Assembly (NCBI GenBank): GCA_903813345.2
Contig: CAIIXF020000001.1
Location: 37,448,001-37,512,000 of the forward strand
DNA: 64,000 nucleotides
Direction of reading: 5' to 3'
From: Owenia fusiformis
Lineage: Eukaryota
Shown here one piece after another: positions 36,201-48,200 of the stretch (the first letter of the stretch is position 1; the number at the start of each line of letters is the position of its first letter). The notes under the pieces were generated by a model. The model ran no database searches. It saw only the letters and a program-made list of their open reading frames with translations, and had not been told where the DNA came from. Both the position numbers and the translations under genes were made by a program.

Positions 36201-39200
36201 TGCAAATATGGTGATTTGCATATCAATTATGACGTCATAACTGTTTGTTCTTGCATAATTTATTTTAATCATAATGTATAGATCTGGTAAATTATTGTCT
36301 TTAAAATGGTCCGGTCCGTATAATGTTTTTAACTATTCTTGTTTGTTTCTTTTAGTTGAGTTTATTAGTTTATTCCATTCACACATGTATGATCATAATA
36401 TTTGAATAAATATTATGGAAGTGTCCAATTCATACTGTTGCTTTGGTGACAGCATGCAACAAAACCACCTGCTGTAAACAAGAATTCTTTAGGAAATGTT
36501 ACATTTTGACCAGTTGACTGACATGTATTCTTTTTAAAATCTGATGACAGAAAATAATCTAATAACCATAGTTATTAAATTTGGATTGTGTTATATTATG
36601 ATGTCATAATGGCAATTTTTAATTAGGGGCGCAGCCAGCTTTCAGTCAGAAGAGGGCCTGCGATCGTGGCACAGGCAACCAAAAAGTATTTATAAGATAG
36701 GTTTTGAATTTTACAAAAATTGAACCAACATCCTTCAAAATTTAGCAAAAAGCTTCAAGTCGAAAGCCTTCTTTTATGTAATGGTTCTATTTTTATCGGA
36801 TATGAGGGGGTAGGTGAACCCAGCGCACCCCCCCCCCCTAAGCACTGTCTATGTTAATCCAACTTGATGTTGCTATGGTAACCATTAGGTGAATATGCTA
36901 GGTGAATTAGACAATACATGAATAATGTAGATTGGCTGACTGACAAACTAAGTACCTGTCATGGTATCATAGCTGATTTTTGTGATTATTTTCTTGAAAT
37001 AAGGTAAAATTGCTCAAAATGATTCCTCTGTAACAGACATTGGTACTAACTATCCCATTAATCGCCTAAAACACTTGACAAACATTTTACAAAACACAAA
37101 TTGTAATACTTAATTTCAGAAATCCCCGCGACAATTTCGCAAAGATTAATTTTTGCTTTTTTATCAAGCACGAAACTAAATCGCGTGAAAAATACCAGGA
37201 GTACAGTACCTGTTATGGTATCATAGCTGCTTTTTGTGATTATCTCTTGAAATAAGGTAAAATTGCTCAAAATGATTCCAAATTGGAACCTTGTCCTTTG
37301 ACATTCACCATAAAATGAGGTCAAAGCTGAAAACTATGATTGATTCCATTTCTTTATGGAGTATGGAGTATGGAAGCCCCTGATTTAAGATATGCTTTTG
37401 GTTTTGAAATCCAACATCCAACCATTCGGTTCAAAATTGGTACAGTTATGTCTACATGACCTAAAAAGATGAAATAGACTAAAGTACTATACCATAAAAT
37501 GATATTATTTTTTATGTAAATTGACGTTGAACATATTTTTCGGATTTCAAAACCATTAGCAGCTATTAATGCCACGATGGGTATGCCAGTCAGTCAATAT
37601 ACATAATCCATGCATTGTCTGATTCTTTAGCTTCAATTTGGTGAATATTTCATACACACTCAAGCTGTAATCATGACAAAGATAGAAGCGAAACTTTGAA
37701 AAAGCCCTGAACAGCGGGGATGGCATATTCACCTTGTTACCATAGCAACATCATATTGGATTAACAAAGGCATTGCAAGAGGGTGCGATGGGTGCGCCCC
37801 CATAAACAAAAAAATAGAACCATTAAATAAAAGAAGAGCTTTAAAATCATTTTGACCTGAAGCTTCTAGCTCAGTTTTGAAGGAAGGTGCATCAATTTTG
37901 TAAAATTCAAAACAAATCTTCCCCCTCTCCTGACTGAACGCTGGCTGCACCCTGATTAATAATTGCCATTATGACATCAAAACATAACACAATCCAAATT
38001 AAATAATTTTCTATAGTTATAAGATTATTTTCTGTCATCATATTTTAAAAAGAATACACGTGTCAGTCAGCTAGTCAAAATGTAAAATTTCCCAAAGAAT
38101 TCTTTTTACATCAGATAGTTTTGCTACATGCTGTAACCATAGCAACAGCATAAATTGGACACTTTCATTATATTTTTGATTCCATCAGTTTTTATGACCA
38201 TGCAAGTATGAATGAAATAAAATTATAAACTCAACTTAAAGAAATAAACTAATTAATTAGGTAAAAACATTACTGACTATTTTAAAGACAATAATATCAC
38301 AGATTAATACATCATGATTAAGATAAAATATGCAAGAACAAACATTTATGACGTCATAATCAATATGCAAATCATCCTATTTGCATAGTTTACTAACTGT
38401 CTGATTGCTTTATCTATTACCTTTGATTTGGTGCAAATTTCATCTAAATCTGATCAATAATGAAGAAAATAAGGGCCAAACACTGAAAAGAGCCCCTTAA
38501 AGTGGGTGGGGCATATTTACTTTGTTACCATAGCAACGCCATCGTTTATTCAGAATTGTCAACTTAATATATCCTGATTGCATTATCTATTACTTTCAAT
38601 TTGGTCTGAATTTCATCAAAATCTGAGCAATAATGGTGGAGATGGGGGCCAAACACTGAAAAGAGCCCCTAAAAACGGGCGTGGCATATTTACTTTGTTA
38701 CCATAGCAACGGCATCGCAGATTCAGAATTGCCCATAATATTTCTTGATCATACTTTATACGTGTAAAGAAATAGAATGTAAATCAATCATTGTTTTCAG
38801 CTTTGACCTACTTTTATGGTGAATGTCAAAGGACAAGATACCAATTTGGAATCATCTTGAGCAATTTTACCTTATTTCAAGAAAATAATTTCGAAAACAG
38901 CTATGGTAGTCATACCATAACAGGTATATCAGTCTGTCAATCTACATTCCCCATGCATCGTCTGATTCTTTAGTTTCCATTCGATGAAAATTGCATATAC
39001 ACCAGAGCTATCATCATGACAACTGATAGAATCAAGACTTTGGAAAAGACCTGAAAAGTGGGGATGGCATATTCACCTGAATACAACAGCTAACATAGGG
39101 ATAGCCAGGTGGTGTGATTGGGGCACCCCCACCCCCCCCCCATTTAGCAATAAAAAATAGAACCATTACAGCAGGAGATCCAAGACGTCATTTCCATTGT

Positions 39201-42200
39201 TCTTTCGGCAGAAGAGCTTTAAAAATGCTTTTGACTTGAAGCTTCTAGCTCAATTTTGAAGGAATTTTTGTAAAATTCAAGTCAAATTAAACTTTTTTGA
39301 GTTGCTTGTGCCGATATCGCACCCCCTCCCCCCTGATTGAAAGCTGGTTGTGCCCCTGATTAATAATTGCCATTATGACATCATGATATAACACAATCCA
39401 AATTAGATAATTTTCTATCGTTATTAGGTTATTTTCTGCCAGCCATCAAATTTTAAAAGGAATACATGTCAGTCAACTAGTCAAAATGTTTTCACAGCAG
39501 ATAGTTTTGCAACATACTGTTACCATAGCAACAGCTTGAATTGGATATTTTCATTACATTTTTTCAATTTTTATGACCATACATGTATGAATGAAATAAA
39601 CTAATAAACTCATCGAAAAGAAATGAACTAATTAACTACTGAGGAGCATTACTGACCATTTTAAAGACAATAATTTCCCAGATTTATACATCCTGATTAA
39701 AATAAAATATGCAATAACAAACGGTTATGACGTCATAATTAATATGCATATCACCTTATTTGCATATTTTATAAACCATTTGATTGCTCTTTCCATGACC
39801 TTTCATTTGGTACAAATGTCACCTAAATCTGAGCAATATTGACGAAGATAGGGACCAAACACTGAAAAGAGCCTCTAAAAGTGGGTGTGGGATATTTACT
39901 TTGCTACCATAGCAACGCCATATCGGATTCAGAATTGCCAACTTAATATTTCCTGATTGCATTATCCATTATCTTCCTTTTGGTGTGAATTTCATCTAAA
40001 TCTGAGCAATAATGACAGAGATAGGGGCCATACACTGAAAAGAGCCCCTAAAAGTGGGCGTGGCATATTTACTTGGTTACCATAGCAACGCCGTCGCGGA
40101 ATCAGAATTGCCAACATCATTTTTCTTGATCAGTATCATTTCTAGTTCATGAAAACATATGTCGCTTAGCTCGCCTCTAAAAAGGACACGGAACCTCTTA
40201 TTTGGACTTTTGCTCCCACACTATCATGGGCTTTAATCGTCTAATTGTGATTTCCAGAATGTGTGAAAACTGCAGAAGAATTTTTGGAAACCGAGGTTGA
40301 CAAGGCTATCGAATTTACCGCTTCTGTTGGCGCAGCTGCATCATGTGTTGTTCTCAGAGATGACCACAAGTGTGCGGCAAGCGCACCTATTACAGGAAAC
40401 GTGAAGGTTCAACGAATAGACACATTAGAGCCGTTTAAAATATTGAAATCGCAATGCTATAACCCAACGCATCATTGGCTTTGGCATTATACACCACTAG
40501 GCTTCCCAACTAACGACGTGTTTGCTTTGGTGTCAGAGCAGTTTCACCACAGAGTCCGATACAATGTCAGTGTTGGTACGTTAAATTGCCTTGTCGAAAT
40601 CATCATTTCTCTTAACTAATTCTTCAAACTACCAAATAGGGGATTTGAGAGTTGAGAGTAATCGGAAGTTATAGGATTTGGATCTTATTTTATCAACCTG
40701 CCTGCTTGTAATCCAAGGGCACTTCAGTAAATACTTTATTTTGACACATTTAAAATATAGTTATGTGCGAGACATAAATCTTGAGTTTTTAGCTCACTTG
40801 GTAAACTACTGCAATCTTTCATGTCTGTCATTTTGTTCTTTTGTCCGTCTGTTCACAATAGTGGCACATCGTAGCAGTTCAAAAATATCTCGGAAAATTC
40901 AAAATGGTCACCGTTTGTCATATCTGGTATTATATCCAAAATTATTATTCTCTTGCAAAATGCATTAATTTTCTTGAAATCGTATTTGGTTTTGTTTATA
41001 AGTAAGCAATACGGTGAAGAAGAAACAAAATATCTACTTTCAACATGTCCACATAACATCAACATGATAAAAAAGAGCATTCATGGGACTCTTTGAATGC
41101 CTCTCGACGCAATAGACCCCCTCTTGGAATACAAAAAACCAATCGTATAAATATTGTTTAGATTCTTCGTGCGGTACGTTTCACTTAAATTTTCAGTATG
41201 TCGTAAAAACGAGACTTTCACATTTGATGTGATGGCAGGCGAGAGTAAAGATTTCACACACCTTGTGGATATTGCGCACTCATGTGTGCAAAGCGGACAT
41301 GGGGCCAAGGATTGTGCCTGGAGACGACCTTCTAAGGGAACAGTGGATGTCAAGGCTGGTGACTTACCCCCAGTTAACCCATTTGGAAGAACAGAATGCT
41401 ATAATCCAAAATTGTTTAATTGGACATACCGGGCTGATGCCACTTCCTCGGGCATTGACGAATTTTCACTTATATACCCACAAATATATAGCGAGAGGAT
41501 ATATAAAGTCAGAATAATTACCCCCAGTAAGTTTTTTATCTTACTTTCAAAATTTTGTTTCTATTTTATGTACTTAAAGATGAGTGCTTTATAAGATAAT
41601 TTTAATGGATCTGTTATTTTCGCTTCTTGGTCTTGTATTAGTTTCGATAAAAATGATAATATAAAAAACAAAAAATAGTCCTCTTTACATGATAGAGTCT
41701 TAGTGCGCTGGGCGTCAACGTGTTTCACGTCTGCTTTTGAATGTTAATCTTAATGTGAATGTTTTTCAAAATTCAATGTGGATATTCACAAGTCATTGAA
41801 AACACATGGTTCGAATTAAGGTCTCTATGTAACTTAACCTTTGGTACCAATTGCAATGAGCAATCGTTCCTAATCGTATGTGTTCATACCGTACTGCATT
41901 CATATACTATATACCTCTAGTATTTTCTTGCATTTATGATATAGTGAAGCAATGTGTAGCTGAGACAGATAAAGAAATAGTAAACGATGCAAAAGCTGGC
42001 AGCCGATTGAACATCTCTGGAATTGTATCCGAAAGTGAATCGTGTACATACATGTATCGGGGATGCACTGCGTCAAAGCCAACATATGGAAAAGTGTTTG
42101 TAACTAGTCTCGAAGATGGTAAAGGTCATGTTGACTTCGACCCATTTCAAAATGAAACCCAGGGCTGTTACAACCCCAGGTTTTATACTTGGGAGTATGA

Positions 42201-45200
42201 GGGATCTGCAGATGAGACCGAAAGAGAATTGCCGGATGGATTCTCAGTTGCGTCAGTACATGCACGGACGAGGAGTAATTTCAAATTTAATCCAGGTAAC
42301 TCAACAACATTTGGCGTCGTTTCAGTCGACATACAATTATATTCATTTAATCTGATAGTTGAAGATATTTAAATTCATTTATGGTTACAGTCTGTGCAGA
42401 GGTTGTAAAGCAACTTGAGGTCGATTTGGATGAAGAACTAGATCTAACTCAGTTTATAAAGACTCCTTCAAATACTTTCTCATGTGGAGCGGGGCTTGGT
42501 AATTGCAATGCAAATGAACCTTCAAAGGGAAATGTTTATATTGAAAGCAATGGTGATGATACTGATAGAAAAGATGTATACTCAATTGATGGATGTCACC
42601 CACCACCAGAATATAAATGGACCTTTGTACCAACCAAAGCTGGACTAGATGTATTTGCTCTTGTCGACCACCATTCGACTAAACCGAAACGACTGGTTTT
42701 TGAAGTAAAAATTATTCCCTCAGGTATATTGAAATTGATTAAGTGCTTTATAACTACTAAATTAGGTTTGAAAATTCTTAATATTAATATTGTACGTGTG
42801 GCTATTGAATATACCATAGCGATAGCCTATAAGTTACTAATATTTATCATGCGCATTTCGTTTAAAGCGTGCAAACGAGCTGGGGCTGCTCTACCAGACA
42901 GTACACGTACTTGTGACAGATACAGAAATGAATGTCCAAATACCTATCAGTGCTTGAAGAAACAGGCTTGCTGCCGTTACAACAATGTTCCAAAATGCAC
43001 GACCATATTGAATCCATCGTTTGACCCCACATGGGAGGTGCCTCACAAATGTCGAGGTGGGGGTAGTATTCGATGTCCCGAGGGATTTCTGTGTCACTCG
43101 GAAGCAGCCAATCGATACTCCATGTGCTGCAAAAATGGTAATGGACGAAATATTAATTAGTTTAGTCTCACGACGTGATAACCTCAAATAATCAGAACCT
43201 GAAATCTCTCGATAAGTACCCTGTCTGAAAAATACACACTTAATCATCGTACTGATCAGATTTCCTCTGGAACACATTTTAGCGTTATATCCTGCACATA
43301 GTTATGTATGTGGCGAGTACATATTCTTGAATAGCTCAGCGTGCGTCAGGGATCTTTTCCTTATCATTCATGGGAATAATTCGCTTAATTCCTGGTACTT
43401 TAGTTAACAAAAAACTACCTTATGCCAGACATACTGTTATTCAATATCTTAAATCAATATCTTGCATTCGATGTATTGAACACATCATTTTTAATTGTTT
43501 CATTTGTTTTATTGAGCCTACGATTGGTTGGGGTTCTGCCTTTAGTGAACATTTATTCTAGAACTTCAACATCATATGTTTCAACGTCATCCTTAAGCCT
43601 CACAAAACAACGTGCAGAAAATGTATTGAATGCATTTTATATTCCGTATCTTAATCGAAGTAGCTGAGTAATCCCTGGGAGTTTAAGTATGTACGTTAAA
43701 ATCAATCATGTCTGTGCTTTGTTTACTATCGTTGCTTTTTTGTTCAAGGTTTATTAAAGCGTGATAGAAGTTGCGTCGTATCATACAGTATCTGACGTCG
43801 TATCAGATCTCACATAGTTAAGATGTAATGCTCTTTTAATAGTGACATGCATCGATGAGGTAGGACAACCACACCGGCCAGAGGGTGGAAATTGGGTTAA
43901 CCCCATTGACAAGTGCAACGTATGTTCATGTCTTGCGAGTGGTACAATAGAGTGCACAAACAAAACAAAGTGTAGAACGTGCAACGTCCCCAAACACGGC
44001 CTCCAGCAAAGATATTTTAACTACACCAGGAATGATGGATGTGAACAATGCCAGTGTATTTCTAAAGATGTCACCAACTGCGAGGGACCATGCCGTAAAT
44101 AAGTAGTATTGCCTGAACGAAACATCTTTTAATGAACGTGATATACTGATGTATAACAAATGACAAGAAGCCAGTCATTCTTTGAGAGCAATATTATCAG
44201 AAAAACATCCATTCCACGTGCTAATCAACTCATAGATGGCACAATATTCAACGTATTCTATATTATTATTTTATTTATGTAGATTTAGAAAATGGTGACG
44301 TTGGCCCATGGAGCGGCTTCACTCCATGTTCTGATGTGTATGGATTTCGAGTAAGAATTAGGCAATGTTCCCATAAAAATCTTGAAAATTCCAGTCAAAC
44401 GTGTTCCGAGATCGGTAAAGAACAAGAAGTGTGCAATCCAGAACTCAAGCCAAGTTAGTCTGAAAGTCAGATTTATAATAATATTTATGCTATCGGGATA
44501 AAATGTCATTTTCCTCAGTTTGACGTAACCTTTATAAAGTCATCGACTATCTGTTTAATGCAATAATTTAACCGCTGCAATTAACCGACATTATAAGTCA
44601 AAACGATATTTCGATCGATCAGGAAAACATGATTTATAGTGGTGGGGGAGCGTCTTACTGAAGCAGCACCTCTTGTCACCAGTGGAACGGAAGTCTGGCC
44701 TAAAGGCAACTTCCGGTGGATGGCCAGACTGTCAGAACCCGATCTTCCTTTTGGTTTAACGTGTGGAGGGTCCCTCATATCCGAGTCTCATATACTCACA
44801 GCCGCCCATTGTGTCTGTTTGTTCTGCAAATGCGACAAAGACAACAACCTGATTATAAAAGGGTACGTACCTATGACGACGTGCTAGTTTATTGTTTCTC
44901 AATTCTACATAATACTAAGTGTTGCACGTTTAAAGATGGTCCCTTAAGATATAAACATTTTGAAATAGTATTCACTTATTTGTGTTTTCTCATCGAATCA
45001 TAGTACCAGCACATGTATAACAGACTGGCATGATGGTGATATGTATAGAAGATTCTAGAATTATACGTCTTGGAAAAGTCACATTCGTTTTTAATGCTCA
45101 CCCTGAATGTTCTGAAAGTACTCGACTGTTCAATTAACAACATTTTACTGGATTGCATCGGCTCTAAACAGCGTGTACATCCATAGTCCGATTCACACGA

Positions 45201-48200
45201 AATCCATGACGTATGACGTATGCTGCACGGTTTTCATTGTGAGTTGCTGTGTTCTTTTATATTTTCTATAGTTGCGAATCCCGAATCCTTGTCACATTGG
45301 GGGATCACAACAGGAAAGCTGTTGAACAGACTGAACAAACTGTATTAACAAAGACAGTAACATTGCACCCTAACTTCAATGCCACCACAATGGACAGTGA
45401 CATTGCGATTCTGACACTCGAGAGACGCGTGGAGTTTAACGAATATGTTCAAGCGGTCAATTTACCGAATCAGGGAACAGAAGATTTAAGACTCTTTCGC
45501 AAGTACTGTTCCATAACGGGTTGGGGGCTAAGTGGCAGAAAAGAGAAACTGGAATTAAGTAAGCAATACGTGAGGACTTTTAATTTATTGGATGCGAATT
45601 ATGTTTTCTTATTTCTTTTGTTATATCGAAGGAATTCAGTCGCAATTTGACACTCGATTTGTTTTGTTGAGTAAGACACGAGTAAGACACGCATATACCG
45701 CCAGGCGCCAATCCAATGTTTGGTAAACTACATCTCATAGGAAAATGGACAATAAAGGTAATATTGGACCTCTATCAATTCCCTTGGATTGTTAGAATCG
45801 TTACTAAGATGTTCTAACAGGCAGAATTGGCTTAGAATTATAGTTGAAATATATTTTTATGTACAAATTAAGAGATAAGTAAAACGTATAATGGTTTTCG
45901 GTTTGTTTTCTCATTCATATTTGCTTAAATTGATAACGAGACATACATAAGACATACCTGGGTCGGTAAATGCATGTCATATGCATAATATATTAAAGGG
46001 TTCCGATTAGCATCCCGTATAAAAACAATATGGCGGCTCCAGGCGAATTAACTGGATCAGTCCATTTTTAAGAAATAAGGGGAGTTCAGTAAAATCCAGT
46101 TTATTGAAATTGTCTTTGAGATAAAGTAATCCGTTTATAATGATTTTGAAAACGTTGTCCAAAGAGTGATTGCGTTCAAAGAATACATGTACAACAGCCA
46201 ATATAAATCCTTGTATTAGAAACCGGTTTGTCTTGCTTTGTTTCATTTGTAGGATATTTCATATGCCAAGCTGTGTGCTATTACGTTATGGGGAAATTTA
46301 GATGCCAATTTTTCCTTATTATGCACAAATAGAAGATCCTGAAACTTCACCCATAAATGTGGAATTGGTTTGTCAAAATAAAAATCACCCTTTTATAAAT
46401 GTGTGACGATCTACAATATACTTATGCTATATAACAGTTAGAGGTGTTGACACAACGACCTCGAACCTGTGAACCCTTGAGTATTATTCCGGGATCGGGC
46501 CTTTTATACTAAACGGTGAGCAACACCAGAAACGAGCGTTCGATTTGCTAAACGATATGCGTCACCCTTTAAGTGTCAAACTGTTAGGTCAAAATAGCAC
46601 TTTTGAACAGCAAAATCTTCACATAAACTTTGTCCTAAAAGATGCGGACCCGATGCGATCGAAGAGTAATATAATAAAGATCCGAAAATATCTTGAGTAA
46701 ATGATCTCAGAATTCGAACATTACTTGAGTAAAATCTGTTGAGATCCGATGACATCGTCGAGTTTATGACGTGCTGATGATGAAATACTGTTAGGGTTAC
46801 TTTTTGGAGTTTTCGAACCTTGATTTAATTGCCTTTATTAGCAGGGTTCCTTGTTATTAATACTATTGTAACATTTTGACCCAGACTGACACAACAGAAA
46901 TTAGGCTATCAATACTGGAGGATAGGAATAGCGCGAAATTGCATTTAAATCAATTATTATCCATATTTATGGATTAAAATGAATATGTTTCAAGTTCATA
47001 ATCTCTACTGGTCAATCTTTTTTCATTTTAGTAGCCGTTCTACTGATATTTTATCTTATTCAAAATTGAGAGCGAATGAGCATAACGGGTCTTTTAACTT
47101 TGCACATTTTAGATCAATCAAAATATATAACTTTTTCATATGTTTACCGTCTTGGTAGATAAAAAATAACACGTACCAAAGTCATTGGATTATGAGCATA
47201 GTCAAATAGAAGTGATGATATTATCAACAATGAAACTTATGGTGATTCGAGTGAAAGCATGAATTCACTGCGGGACACATGCGTTGACGTTTAGTGCTGC
47301 GGGAATTGTATCATATTAACAGGAATTTTTGTGATACACTTCATGTTATTATATGATCATCCGAAAGCTTACTCACTACCTTATCGGGTTTTACTCACGG
47401 TATAATCGGAATACTCAGGCGGTAGCATCGGGTCCTATAGAATCGTACTCGTGGTATATTTGGGTCTTTCATTTTCAACTTTCACCGGTGATTTCAATGA
47501 TATGCAACGTATGGCAGTAAAACAAATGTGATATATTTGCACCTATTGTATCTTTGAATCAAATGGAGTAAACACAGCCATGGTTCTTACTTATTTAAGA
47601 TGTAAAACATTATTCTAATATTTAGAAGTTGAATTTAGCGATTTGATAGTAAAAATTGCATAAAGTGCTCATTATTCTGCAAACATGAGTGCCTGGAACA
47701 ACTTGTATATCTGTTACAAATAATTCTGTGTTTTATCTATTTCTCATATTAAGAAATTCAATATGTAAACTTATCCCCTACATTTTCAGACATCTTCGGG
47801 TCTTTGCTCGGCGGTAGGTTGTGTATACGCGGGTAGACTTTCCCCTCGTGTATGATATCAAAGTGCATTCAATAATAATATAATAATATTTCAGGAGATG
47901 TTTTGATTACTGCTGTCGCACTATTGCATCGTGATGGATGTGCCAATGTGACTTCTTTAAAGACCACAGAGAATATGTTGTGTGCGGGCAGACCTGATGT
48001 CGATGCTTGCTATGTAAGACAAATATTCCAATTCACAATAATGCAATCTTGCATCAAGTGCAAACCTTTTTGACATCCCATTCATACACACCCGGTGCCA
48101 CCACAATCCGGGGGAAAATTAGTGAGAGATTTGTGTAATGGACATGCTACACTTATATGTCATAAAATATATTATCGTATGATCTTTAAAATGAAGCCTT

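Noticed and set aside
40786..40925. TTTTTAGCTCAC... possible Helentron 5' remnant
   Set aside because: Too degenerate; no matching 3' end was found.
42596..44778. Minus-strand ORFs overlapping the protease exons
   Set aside because: Antisense shadows of the plus-strand coding exons with no motifs of their own.
46640..47470. Degenerate inverted subrepeats (GAGTAA...CCGA / TCGG...TTACTC)
   Set aside because: Probably an old TE, but the termini and TSD cannot be defined.
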